The notes beneath the pieces are model-generated. The model made no database searches. It was not told the DNA's origin and saw only the letters and a list, made by a program, of their open reading frames with translations. 64,000 nt of DNA from Takakia lepidozioides (Eukaryota > Plantae > Bryophyta), in contig CM060731.1 in the NCBI GenBank assembly GCA_030704615.1, forward strand, positions 14,446,001 through 14,510,000, written 5' to 3'. Below are positions 51,001 to 63,500 of this stretch, in pieces. Numbering within the stretch: position 1 is the stretch's first letter; each line of letters begins with the position of its first letter. The position numbers and the translations under genes are program-made.

Positions 51001-51952
51001 ACGACGAGGAGCGGGCCGCCGGCATGTTCCTTCACAAAATTTGCCCATGGAATTGCCGCCTATAAGTTCATTCCAACAGTGGTTTCGGACTTCAGTTTAT
51101 GACGCCGTTGCTCAAGGAGAGGTGATTTCAGATTCGGTGCAAGACATTGCAAGGGGCCCATCTCAATTCGCGACCTCATACACGGCGGTTTGGATTCACG
51201 GTCGTCATTTCCACATTCATGCTCTTGATATGAAGCGTAAAACAACCTTTGATTCTGGCTTGTGTGCCACATATTGGCAAGACTCTGTGTGGAGCAAGGG
51301 AGATACACGACCTGCTATGAGCAAACATGAGTACATTGGAGAGCTTGAGAGCATACTCCAACTTCAGTATACAAGGTACCGGCCTCTTCTCTTCAAGGGA
51401 AGGTGGTTTCAGCCACATCTTGTGGGGCCCTCCGCAACACTAGTGCAAGATGATTGTGGTTTCATGCGCGTCAATGCAGATAGACTCAACCCTACTCATC
51501 GTCCCTCCGATGAGCCTTTTTCACGGCCTTCAGACATGGAGCAAGTTTTCTTTTCCGATGACAAAACAAGAGGGGGGAATTGGAAGGTGGATGTGCATGC
51601 TCAGCCAAGAGGAAGACGTATCTATCATGGTCTCGGATCTCCATGGGGTGAGGCAATTGCGGTGGATGGAGAAATTGGTCATAATGATGCTGATGATGGA
51701 GGTTGGGTAGAGAGGGTAGAAGAGGATGATGACGCCCCAGACAATGCATCCTGGACCCTATATGATGAAGCTCTAGAAGATACGGATGTTGGGGAGGGAG
51801 ACGAAGACACGGCCATTGACAACGAGGTGGAGAATGATTCGGAGGTGCCTTTTGAGGGTCGGGCCATTTATGACGATGACACCGATGACCAAGAAGACTT
51901 GCAGCTTGATGAGGATGAAGAGGCGCCGGATGATGATGTTCAAGTTGATTAG
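45094..51952 (+). pseudogene. CACTA transposase (TnpD/Tnp2 type: transposase-associated Zn motif, Transposase_21, DUF4218, DUF4216), decayed
   Basis: Exon 1 ~45094-45487 (EC*CTKC..VEKH); 47770-48405 (ARTPLYEG, HACPCDKTLY, CPKC); ~48686-49022 (YFPIIPRL, LGFSSDGVNPF, STWPV); 49204-49368 (MDTYLRPLVDELKELW, WTMHDYP); then GYHACLHC, SIFYELPYW, LDPMHIEKNV, GLKFHDYH, PPSFFDIQVHLVVHL, RWMYFLERYM, LFKGRWF, DEPF..MEQVFF and an acidic tail. Several stops and frameshifts. Confidence 0.92.
45603..46790 (+). CDS. Intact SET-domain protein (putative lysine methyltransferase) with a basic N-terminus and Pro-rich linker, inside the CACTA
   Basis: Uninterrupted 395-aa ORF. SET motifs in canonical order: DLGLFTVNDI (~46263), YYGPYY, FFDGDPSIFGNVAGLVNSS (~46494-46523; NHS changed to NSS), ASRTIRAGSELFASY (~46641-46685; terminal Tyr kept). 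No post-SET Cys cluster. Confidence 0.8.
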   Translation: MRRSLRTLQPRLDAQARNHIAHEAFRAGLLAEFVPEHVPDVTSWFPQQHVDEMRRVEGYHRCRRRYGRRRVSPPPPPVSSGAPPDCGLPPPPSVSLPNPPPVVSDPDVVPPAAPPTLHPQPPPLSSPLPTVPPPPPPPPPPPRACAPQTPRRGWLRPRFPPLRLGRPEPDSRPRWEAHITMLLRTVQPRCWGNHLDPPTPIRENVEFEYWGRRYVMRTATDLGLFTVNDIVVPPRRNNMVDLFPYYGPYYTSAEFRTLRLEAPYILPYILCVNGQDVRRRGLSPIEIRFFDGDPSIFGNVAGLVNSSFGHPRRTNVVWDERSDGHESFCGHTSVYCEGMHMFVMTCASRTIRAGSELFASYKFSRDDWDLQLQREWDVYDRNRVLLRQGLRRGAL

Positions 51953-52194
51953 ACACAAAATCAAAGCTACATAACAATTCTCACACCGAACTGGACCCAT
52001 CCCTTCGATTGATTGTACATGTACATCCATATTGTACTTTATTTCTATGATTCATCAAATATGGCTGTGGCTGGTAGTTTTTCAAGAAAGAAGGCAGAAG
52101 CAATGAATATGTTGGAGCAACATATACAGATGTGGTATCAAGAGAATTATCAAAATGAATGTCACAATCTACAAGAAGGTCCACAACAACAAGC

Positions 52195-52896
52195 TAAACC
52201 ATAAAGAAAAACAAACACCCTACCCCAGTACCATATGAAAAAAAAAAAAAAAAAAAACTAAGAACCCCTAAATGCCCTAAACCTAAACCTAGAAAGCCCT
52301 GCCGCCGCTGCCTGCGACCCCCACGCGTCGCAAACGGCGACGACCAACCGTCGCTATCTGCGACCTGTTTTTTTGAATGGATTTATGAGGCCGGGGGTCG
52401 CACACGGCGACGGCCAGCCGTCGCAAACTGTGACCCATTTTTTTTTTTTTGCAAGAATAGGGTAGCCGGGCAGTTTGCGACGCCCGGCCGTCGCAGGGGC
52501 CTTTTGCCCTTCATGCCACCATGCGACGGCCTGGCATCGCAAGAAAGGGCTGCGATGAAAGAAATGGCAAGAAAGGGTTTTTTTTTTTTTTTTTTTTCCT
52601 TTTTCCGGCGTGCGACGAGCGGCCGTCGCCAGAAAGGGCTGCCTTCTGCCCTTCGCTGGGGGCGACGTTTGGGCGTCGCACGGAAGGGCTGCCATTTGCC
52701 CTTCATCACTCTGTGCAACGGCCAGGCGTCGCCGCCTGGCCCCGGCGCTAGGTGGCGACCCGCGGGGTTTGGCTGCGACGGCCCGACGTTGCAAACACGC
52801 TCCGCGGGGTTGGTGTCGCACGCTCGGCGCCACGCGGGGCGTGGGGGTGCGGCTGGCGTCGCAACCCCCCCCCCCCCCCCCCCATTTGTTGTAGTG
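52195..52896. repeat. Right long inverted terminal region of the CACTA
   Basis: 52195-52345 (ccataaagaaaaacaaacaccctaccccagtaccatatg-polyA-ctaagaacccctaaatgccctaaacc...gcgac) is the reverse complement of ~44625-44780. TGCGAC/GTCGCA repeats continue to the TIR. Confidence 0.85.
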
Positions 52897-52899
52897 GTG

Positions 52900-54230
52900 C
52901 GTCTATGTCGAGGCCCAAGTGTGACCTCTAGGGTAGCCTGTACCCTTGGCCCATATGTGAAGAATTTAGATCTAAGACCAAGTGCAATTTCCTATGTATC
53001 CCAATGCGTCTCCTACATCGTCGAGGCCCATCTAAGCCCAAGTGAAATCTTCTATTCATGTATCCAAGTGTATCTCCCATGTAAAGGCCCAAGTGTCTAG
53101 TAGTGTCATCTAAACCCAAGTGCAATCTCCTATGTAGCCAAATACGTCTCCGATGTCAAGGCCGATTTATTTTTTCCCATGAGTTATTGAGTATTAATAT
53201 ATCATTATTGATATATCTCCCGTCAAGGCTCCAATCATTGGGTAGCCTATGCCGTTGGCCCAAGTGTCCAATGTCATCTAAGTCCAAGTGCATCAATATA
53301 TGAAGCAAGCCATATCTAATCATTTTTTTTCCACAAAGCCTACGACCAGATTTGAACCGGAGGCCTTTCCCTTTATATCTCTCCTGTCGAGGCTCCAACC
53401 ATTGTCCCATGAATTTCCACTTTGCTATTTTTCGGGAATTTCCAGCGACCCAAAGTACTTGAAATTCCACATCTCCCACACCGTAGGTCCAAAAATCATG
53501 AGACCAAGCCCGTGCACCCCTCCTCGTCGAGGGCTTTCCAATGGTACCAAGCACCAGGGCTGGGGCCTCGAGGTTTTGCACATCTCAGCGTGACAAAACA
53601 AACAAACATCTCGTTTCATATATTGACTAGGGTAGCCTATGCCGTTGGCCCAAGTATCCAGTGTCATTTAAGTGCAATCCTCTATGTATCCAAATGAGTC
53701 TCATGTGTCGAGGCCCATGTGTGAAGAATTGAAATATGAGGCCAAGTGCAATTTCCTATGTATCCAAGTGCGTCTCCTATGTTAAGGCCCATCTAAGCCT
53801 AAGTGCAATCTCCTATGTATCCAAATACTTCTCCCACATAGAGGCCCAAGTGCGACCTCCAGTGTCCAGTGACATCTAAGTCCAAGTGCAATCCCATATG
53901 TATCCAGAGACCCTCCTGTTTGGGAGATCTAGGCCTAGGGTAGCATGTGCCGTTGGCCCAAGTGTCCACTGTCATCTAAGTCCAAGTGCAATCCCCTATA
54001 TATCCAAAGACCCTCATGTTTGGGAGATCTAGGCCTGGGTAGCCTATGCCAATGGCCCATGTGTGAAGAATTGAAATTTAAGCCCAAGTGCAATCTCCCA
54101 TGTATCCATGCGCCACGTCTCCATGTAGAGGCCCAAGTGCGACCTCCAGTGTTCAATGTCATCTAAGTCCATGTGCAATCGCCTATGCATCTTGAGACCT
54201 TGCACTTTGGGAGATCTCCACGTCATTGTT
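52900..54230. repeat. Mosaic satellite-like repeat, right part
   Basis: Same ggcccaagtg/gtgcaatc motifs and the ~180-bp module (~53445-53620) as in 39580-41712. Confidence 0.85.
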
Positions 54231-57200
54231 AATGATCACATTTGTAGAGCTCATGACTCACAACTGTACTATGCCAAATCATAAAAGAGAAGAGAAAAAG
54301 GAGGACAAACAGTATAGTATATGCATATTAGTTTCCTCACAAGCCCGGGCCCTCGGGCTTTTAATGTGTTTTCATATTGACATGCCTGGGCTCTCGTAGG
54401 TCATGCCCTTAGTGACATTCCCGCCCCATACTCCTCCATTCCCCTAGCCTTTACCTTTACTTCCATAGATGAGTTCGGCGGGGGAGAGACGAGGTTAGGC
54501 TGGCTAAGGTGGTGGCCGCTACTTTTGCATGGCTCAACTTTGTTTGCAAGTAACACTGTGGATTAGTGAGTGAATTAGTGGACGAGGTTATGTGTGGATT
54601 AGTGAGATAAGCTTGTGGATCACTAAATGCTTGATGTGACTTGTTGGGTGTAGGCCGCTTAGTGAAACTTCGAGATTTCCATAACCACCACTTTACTTGC
54701 TTACATATAATCTTGTAGAAACCATAGTCAGGTTTCCCTAAGCATGTACCCTTTAAATGGTATACTTGCATACGGATGATCTGGTGGAAATTGCGGTCTA
54801 GAGTTTTTTGAGCATGCACCACTTAAAACCACTTCATTTACATATCGTCTAGTGGAAATCACCATTGAGGTTTCCCTAATCATCCACCGCTTAAATATAT
54901 TTCAAATTGCACGCTCAAGCGACCACCGCCCTAAATTCAAAAGTTAGTGATAGAGAATCAGGGTTCTCTTAGTAGTTAACTTTCTATGTCAACTCTCTTC
55001 GCAGTTTGAAAGATCAAACGACAACCAATCTGGTTCCAGACCTGCTTCTCACCGCTCTCGATGCAGAGAACTCACGCCCGTATCGTCAGGCAGACTGCTT
55101 AAGGGCATACAGAAAACTAGACGGGAGACACAGTCAGCAGGCAAGACCCTCCATGGTGTTGCAATCTAAACATCCACAAATGCAAATCAATCATCGACCC
55201 CCACCCTACATATCTAGAAATCATGACATAGCTACAACCGAAATTGCCTCACAACACTGCAGGATGACCGCCCCTCCTAGAAAACCGGTGTCATGTCTCG
55301 TTGCAGATTCCAGTCGGAAACGCTCGTTCTACATTTAACCTTACAAACCACGGACTACCGCAAGTCCTAACCGACACAGCGCTCGCAACAAGCATTCATC
55401 GAGCGACCCTTGAGGGCACTCATAACTCAACTATTTCCAGATATAACAACCACACTTCTTCCCCTCTAGGAATGCCATCGCGATCGGCCAAGGAAGAGAG
55501 CAGAGAGACGAGCAACGGCTTATTCTAAACCCTAATATTGTTGCAGACGTGGTGCTGATGTGGCAGGTAATTCACTGCGTGGCAGCAGATTATGTGTCAT
55601 TTTCATGACTAATTTGACGGACTCAGCAGACGTCAAGTTGCCACGAGGGCAAACTATTATTTGTAAAACTAATAAGTTTCAGTTGTATTTTTGTTACTGT
55701 AATTGATAAGAGGGAGAGTCTTTCTCACATCGTTTTTCTTGAAGAGAGAATTTCTCGAGAGGGAAGTTTCTCACGGATTGCAAGTTTTGTTGGGGAGGAA
55801 TTTAACGATTGCTACTGTTTAAGGGGGGCGAGGAATGCTTCACTTACAACCGATTGAATCCTGTTTGGCGACAACAAGTGAGGGCGATTCGTAATCTTTT
55901 GTAAGCTTCTCTCCCGTTTTTAACCAGCCATAGGTTTCATAATGTGGACGTCGATTTAGTGAGCAATTTTCCTTCGTTCGGGAATTCAATGATGTGTACA
56001 TGTGCATCTTTACACGGTATCCTTTCGCCATCCCCGTTTGATTTTGTGTAAAAATAATTTAGCCTCATGATGGCGAAATGCGGGGCTTCTTCTGAAGCAT
56101 ATCCGACACTGGAATATTAGAACTAATAAATGCCGGTAGAATTCAGTTATGCTAATTGGTCATTTTTACTTGGTCTCTACATACCAGATCTGCAATCAAT
56201 GTTGCTGATCATATCACCACCTTTTGGATGCAAGAGATGGATCGAGTTCACTTTGACACGTTGTGATTGTAGTTGCTTCTCACATTCAGCAGGTGCCTTG
56301 GTTCCGTTTACCATGGCTAGGGCATATCCACAAACATGGCTATTTCCAGCAGCATATGTTTTACAAATGTTTAGGAGATTTCCTCCATGAATTTGTGTTG
56401 GTGACTTTGTGTTTGGAGATGCCACTGGTTCAGCGATGTTAATAAGACGAGTATCAAGATTAGGTCAAGTGAAGACTTACTGTCAATGTTCTCAATATAT
56501 ATTAATGCCTTTTGTTGGAGGTGTCAGCCTTTCAATTATCGAGTATTGTACAGCTGCATAGTCAGCAAATAGATATTTCGGAAGGTTTCAAAGTTTATCA
56601 GGGATTTGAATGCCCAAACCTTATGTTTGACAATGACTGATCCATTCTAGACTATGAAGTATTGGTCAATTGCCAGGTCTGATTGCCAGAGCATGTTTCC
56701 AACAGTGATTTTATTTGTGGGAAGATCTCTGGCCAAGCAGGCTTTAGTGCCAAGGAGTGGGGTCTTGCAACAAAACCTGAGGGTACCAGCATATAGCAGT
56801 ACAACACAATTGCAAAGTCTCTTAAGTAAAATTCCGTTAACGTAAGGCACAAGTCCTCGGCTCGTTATTGACTGCGGTCTGTTAAAGCCTTTTTTTGTCT
56901 TATGCAAAGATGGAAATCACCATGGGAGTAAGTTTTGTCCTCGGAGTTCCCAATGTGGCAGAATGTGAATAAGCATGCTTTTTATCAAAGATGTAGTCCT
57001 GAAGCAATTTTCACGCGCTCATGAAAGTAATTGCTTGCAGTGAAGCTCTGCCTCTAACTCACGACAGAGGAACCCTGCAGGGATAGAGTCTAATAATAGC
57101 ATGCTTTGCTACATGGATACAGATTCACCCGAGTAGTTGTTTCCTCATGTGAATTTAGCTAAGCTACGTGCTGGCAGTGCACACCCTCAGCTCTGCAGGG

Positions 57201-57597
57201 TGCACTTTTGCCCTGGAGGTGCCCGAGACTGGGAACAACATAGGTGTGATGTGAGGGAGAGGAAGGAGAGGTGGCCAGAAAAGCTTGTTTTGATTAGTGC
57301 TCCAATACACAGAAATAAAACTTGATGAGTGTCAAGCCTGATATGGATTGGCGGTTGTTTGGGCAGGAAATTGGGAAGTTGGTGTAGTCAAAGCCTACCT
57401 CAGTGCTTGCTTGAGAGTATTCTCAGGAGAGCCTTACCAGGTTTTTGGGATCCAGAAATTGTCTCCAAGGAGAAGGGCTGGCATTACAGGGGTTTAATCG
57501 TATGCTATTGAAATTAAAGGTAGTTGTTGCAGCAGTGTTCTAGGCCACAAGCCAGGTAACCACGTGTAGAACCTAAAGCACACTCCTTCCAGTAATA

Positions 57598-60500
57598 ATG
57601 ATAACATCAGAGAACCAAGATTTGGTACGATGGGGTCTCCATTTGCTTGATGGCAGTACAGCCGTGATACATGATACAGGGGGAACTGACGAGAACTCCT
57701 CAGTAAATGAGGCGCCTGGAGTGGGTTTGGAACTTGAGGCTGACCCCTCTAGTTGCATGGCACCCCCACAGCGCCGTTCCAGCACAGTTGCGAATGATGC
57801 GATCATTGCACAGGCATTGCAAGAGGAGTTTGAACGGCTAGCTGCTGTTGAAGCTGCTGAAGCCAGTCATGTGACTGCCCGTGATAACAAGAAGTTGCAG
57901 GTACAGTTTTGGTTTTAGCCTCAGCATTTGCTTCAGTTTTATGAGATGAAAATGATGTATGTAAATTGAATGGATATTTGGTTTAGAGGGGTAGGAGTCC
58001 TTGTTTGCTTACGTAAGTTCGGTGCTTTCACATAACTTTAGGAAGTGATGTGTAAGATGCATCTGGAGGACTGATCTTTGATGTACGTGAGCTTTGTAAG
58101 CTATGTCTCACTCCTTGGACCTTTCTGAGGCACGAAGTGGTATGTTCTCAGTCCTGATACCATCCACTGGAGAAGGTAGTTCTCCTTATCCAACATCAAT
58201 GTCCAGGTATCCTAGATCACAGTAATCAGACCTGTACACATCATACTGTGACTTCAAGATTGGGAATCGACTTATCTTAGGTTTATGTTTCTCATATCCC
58301 ATCTCAGCGGTGTACCGATGCTGTGATGACTCCATGGGTAAGTTTAGCTTTCTGATAAGTTGTGAACTGATGCCGTTATGTGTAGAGCATGTATCAAAAA
58401 GCACACTGACCTCCTCAACTGCTACTTCTCACATTCTCCCCTGTCAAGAAGCTTAACTTACCCATGGAGCCACAGTAGTATCAGTACACAGTTGATAGCA
58501 GACAGGAAAGGAGGGGAGACCTGAGATAAGCGAATTCCCAGTCTCAAATAATCTATTTCAAGTCTAATCTTTGGTCCTAAGCAAACCTTCCCAAAACTGG
58601 AAGGTGACATCTTCTCCCCCTTTAAGATTCAGATGTATAGTCTACAATCTGTAATTCAAAAACCTGCAGATTTCAGATTAGCTAGTAGCTTCTTTCAGGT
58701 GTCTTGCTTTAGGCTGGGACTAAAAAGGAGCAAACTCACTAGTTGAGAATCCTCACAACCATAAGATGATGCTAGCCTCATTCCTTGCACATGATTGGGT
58801 GTAGAAGGTATGTGGACTACGGAAGGATGGTGTCCAGAAAACATAGTAGAGAGATAGGGTGTTACATACTCGAATAACAGGACAGGAACCACATTGGGGG
58901 AAATGGACTCTGGCCAGGTGACCATCCGCATGTGCGATCACACGAATGAGGAGATGGAGTGGCAACAATGGTCCGGAGCCCCTTCAAGCTCAACTCATCA
59001 GACTTCTCCATATCAATTCGATGACGAGGACCGACAAGTTGTGTTGGCACTCTCTGAGGACTTTCCACAAGTTGATAAGGAGGTGGCAAGGCGTCTGATC
59101 ACCCTCGACTCTATACCAGTGAGTGGTTTTTGCTCACTTGTGCTACAGGCGTTTTCTCCAGTTACCCAGATTTGATGTTTGTTGGATCAATAGTTTCATT
59201 CTGTCTCCAGAGCTTTCAGGATGTAAAGGCAAGTTTGATTTCAAATGATTGTGACCGTGATTTTGATGATTGTTGAAACTGTTGAGATGTGTGTGATGCA
59301 CTCTGTAGCATATCCCAAGGATGAATGGAGTTATTCCCACAATGAATGATGCATCAGTAGACCACCAACGGTTGCTGGACAGGTGACAGAAACTTGACAT
59401 CTACCCTTATGTTTTAAGAGTCTAAATGTGACAACGCTCTCCTTCACAAACTCTTGCCAACAATATTAGAAACCAACACCGCATGCTGGGTTTGTAGTGG
59501 CAGCAGACTCCTGTAGCTCTGCATTTAAACCACATAGCAGCTGCTTGCAATGAGAGGAAGCATCATCTGCTGTGTGGGATGGGTTGGAATCAGATTGCGT
59601 CTGTATGGGTTGACTGAGCAGAAAATCAAAGGTGATGGCAATTGTCAGGTTAGGCCTCTCCGTCCTGCTGTCTCATTAATTCTACTGCTACAGTTGCTTG
59701 CTAAGAGGTGACAATTTTACTCGTTAAAACTGGGGTGGTGACCTCCTTCCCGATGAGTAATTTGGCCCAACTGGAAAATACTTCATAAGTATGCCATATT
59801 TGATGATCTGGTAGTTTCCATACAAACGCTTCAGCAAATACACAAGAATAGGTGGAAAGTTTCGGAAACACTCGACAGATAAAAATAGAGTAGCCATAAC
59901 CAAATTTTCTGGTGGTAATGCCATTATGCTGTTACTTATCAAGCACTACAAAGTAGAAAAAGTTTTATATCGTCCCTGAAGTTGCGGAGAGCCTATGAAA
60001 CACAAGAATGGCAGTAAGAGACAAAGATGAAAAAGAAAGCGGCTGTATAACATCCAGGAGTGGATTGTTTTTTTACACATGAGAACAGTGTCCTTCTCAT
60101 TTTCTCACCTACTCCAGAGTTGGTTCTCTTTTCTTCATTTAGATCTGTGGGCGGCCCAAAAGAGCCCAAGGGACACATGTAGAAAACAAAGAGAAATGAA
60201 GTGATACCTCATCTTCTACGGAAAGCCCAAAGAGCTTATGGGACAAGAGAGAGTGGGGCACTGCACGAGCAGCCCAAAAACAACTGTTGATCAAGAGTGC
60301 ATACCTCATATAGTTCTGCTGCTAAGCATTGCTCTCGTAATGGAACCTCTGTGAGAGATTGGGTATCTCGGAATAGACAATAGTGTCTTCCACCGATCTC
60401 ATAGTAGAAAGGACAGTGAAGAAATTTTCTTCACTTTCGATTTCCCTCCTGTTCTCCCTGGCTCAAGTGCGGCACAGGTGGTCCTCACTATGTAGGTTGT

Positions 60501-63500
60501 CCGGTCTCCAGTCTCTATCCGCAGACTGGGAGCCACCCTAAACGTCCCCAGAGAGAGAGATTGCCAAGGCTGTGTTCAAGTCTTTGACGTTTTTTATTTG
60601 AAGTTAGATCCTTGCAAGAACGAATAAAAAAGGTGAGAGAATCAACTTCTATGTTTGTGGTGCTATCCTGAAGATGCCCATGGCTATCATTAGGGAATTA
60701 CAAGTAGTACCATCAAAAGTCTCATTTCCACCTTTTTCTCTCTCAGGGCCCTTGTGGACGTTAGCGCAGAGCCTTCGCAAAGGGCCTGACAAGTGCAGTG
60801 TATTGAATGGAAGAAAGGTGGACCATGCAGTGTGGCTTCATCCTAAAGGGCTACTGCTTTCCAAGAGCCGTAAACGGAGCAATCTTCTCCCAAAGACTTG
60901 AAAGACCCGACATATTAGGGGTGGTTGAACCAGTGAGTTATAGCTGCATGGCTATAACAGGTGATGTCCAGTAGACAACTATCTGGTTTTCAACCCATGA
61001 CCACTTGTGGCCTTGTGCCCCAACCACTGAGCCATTTGTTGGATGCTATGTACTGGGAGCAAGTTTACATTAGGGGCCAATCTGGGCAGGGACGGAAATC
61101 CCCGTGCTCCTGCTGGCCAGTTTTGCATCTTAGCTCAACTTGGCCTGACACTTGGTCAATGGTTTTATTATATTTGGTGCATACATTGCACTGACTTGGG
61201 GCCAAGACTTGAGCCAACTTCCCATCGCTGCAATACAAGTTATCAGGAAGGTGTTTTTTAGACACAGGGCAGCTACAGCTTCCCTTCATAGGATTGCTCC
61301 TCAATGTAGGTTCTTCGTGCCTTGAGTCTCTTGCTGGCAAGGGCAGCAATGCAAACTTTTTTTTGAGGTTTTGGCTTGTCATTTGATCCCTTGTCACTTT
61401 ACACTTAGCAGCCAAAGCATTAGTTTATTTTGAAGTTTAGGGCCAAGGTGGGCCCGGCAAGGCCTACCCATCTTGGCACAGGCAATTCCCCTAATCAAAA
61501 GTGGCCCTAAGGAGGTTAAGTTCGAGTCGTGCTGATGTGTCCCATTAGCCTTCCTCTAGGCCTCCAATGGACTCAAATTTGTCACATATTGTGTATACAA
61601 ATATAAATAACATGTGGGGCATTCACTTTTGGGCTGGATGGATGGACAGTTTCGGGCACTGTCAGACCAGCTGTATCGCTCGCCTGAGCATCATAAGTTC
61701 GTCAGGAAGTCAGTGGTGAATCAGGTTTTTTTCCTTCTCAAATCCCCTCCAATATCTGTCTAACAGTCACTTTGTTTCTTAAGTGGACAATGCTTGCAGG
61801 TGATAGGTATAAGTTTCAACTTCCATTCTGATTGGATGAAGTCTGACGCTGAAAACTGGATCCTCTCTAAAAGGTGTCAGGGATCGTCAATAGGGTGGGT
61901 GCTCTGCTGGAAGGCAACTGCTCGTTCTAAGCATAGGAAATAATAGCATCTACAACGTAACATCACAAGGAACACTTACCTGCAGGTGTATTTTTGTGGT
62001 GAGGGGTGGGGACAGTTACAGGCAAAACCTGATGTATACTCGAGTTACATGCCAATGAACTACAGCGATTATCTGACGAAGATTGCCAGGTCTGCTGTCC
62101 ATAACCCTTTCCTTCCTTTGAGATTGCTGTCTGTGACTTCCATTTCAAGGTCTGTGCATCACAATTAAATCAAGTGGAAATGTATGCATTGCAGGAATGG
62201 TGAATGGGGTGACCATGTTACACTGCAAGCTGCTGCTGATTGCGTACTCTCTCCCCTTTGCATAATCTCTCACTGAAGTCTTCCACTATGAGGATCAGAA
62301 ATGCTTGGCAGCTTACCTGCACGAGCCTTCACCCTTAGACAATCACTTGAGCAATAGTTTTTATTTTTGGCTCTGGTTTTGTTTCCTCTCTCGTGTTTTC
62401 TTCCATTTTGTCCCATAAGCTCTATGAGCTTTCCGCGGACGTTATAAAGCACCACTTCATTCCATTCCCCCTTTGCAGAATGTGGCACTGATGTCTTTGC
62501 TCTATCCCTCTATTGTACCAATCAAATCTGCAAGAAAAAGGGGCAACACCCCAGATCAGATCTGTCTTTCTCTCTCTCTCTCCCCAGCCCTGATTGCTCA
62601 GTGACTTAGTGCTATCATAGCACGTGGCACATCTACCCAAGCCAGAGGCTCCATACTGCCTTTTACTTCTGTGTCAAGCCAGACTGCCTTCCAGTATGAT
62701 GCCACTGCCACACCATATGACTAATCAATACTCTGTATCACTAGTTGTCATGCACAGTGTTGAGCATCATGGCAAGCAGGCTGATGTCTATATCCTGGCG
62801 ACTAGCTGCTGGAATGTTGTATTGGAGAGTTGATGAAGGAGTGAGTACAAGAGGGATTTAGGTGAAGACAGAAGTGTGCTGGTGTTTGTAGTGAAAAATA
62901 AATAGCCAGTGGAGGGAAGATGGAACATGTCACCAACAGAACAGATGGATAACTTATGCTGCAAGCGGGGTGATGTGCAGTATGGTGTGAAAATATGCGT
63001 GATGACCTCCTTCAAAGACACATGCTTTATCGAAATTGCCCCTGCTGAGCTGAAGACCAAACGAGGTTTGCTACTGGGGCCTTCTTCATGGGCTGAAGTT
63101 CTAATGGCAGGCATTCTCTTCACTGGCATATATATCTTGCCAAGAATAACTTGTTTGCCACTGCCTCCCCCTGAAGATTGAGGGAAGCATATCATAGGCA
63201 TTGTTTATTTATCACTCTTGTCCACCTCTCAGGGGCCACCACGCAGTCATTCTTGAATTACAATAATATGGCGAACTTTGCACCGGGCTTCTGTCCTAAT
63301 ATGCCATGCCCATAAAGAACGTGCTTTAGGGTGTACAATTTGTGTTCTCTTTTTCTAAAATACACATCCAATTAGCCCAACCAATCTATTTCAACTTGCT
63401 TTTTCTTGATGTGTGTACTCGGAGATTCGTGCAGAGCTTTATCTCAGCTTCTGGGCAGAGGTCCACTACAATTCAATTTACCCAATTGGAGGTAATTTTC

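Larger units (their letters stand above)
41713..52896 (+). mobile_element. Full-length CACTA (En/Spm) DNA transposon carrying a SET-domain ORF
   Basis: Left end CACTACAGGAAAAGGGGGG; right end reverse complement CACTACAACAAATGGGGGG. 3-bp TSD GTG (41710-41712 / 52897-52899). Abundant TGCGAC/GTCGCA subterminal repeats and an internal Tnp2-type transposase. Removing the element approximately restores the host repeat motif (tgtatcccagtg|cgtctatg). Confidence 0.95.

Noticed and set aside
52354-53100. 111-198-aa ORFs at the right CACTA end as a TnpA candidate
   Set aside because: They run through GC-rich subterminal repeats, homopolymers and across the TIR into flanking repeat; no domain features.
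39580-54230. CRISPR-like array or protein-coding ORFs in the recurring ggcccaagtg repeats
   Set aside because: Units vary in length and sequence, there are no unique spacers or cas genes, and the context is eukaryotic. The short ORFs are translations of the repeat.
55540-55650. ACGTGG/ABRE-like motifs upstream of the OTU gene
   Set aside because: Short motifs are expected by chance and the transcription start is not established.
61505-61540. gttcgagtc B-box-like motif
   Set aside because: No convincing A box at a suitable distance; too short to support a call.
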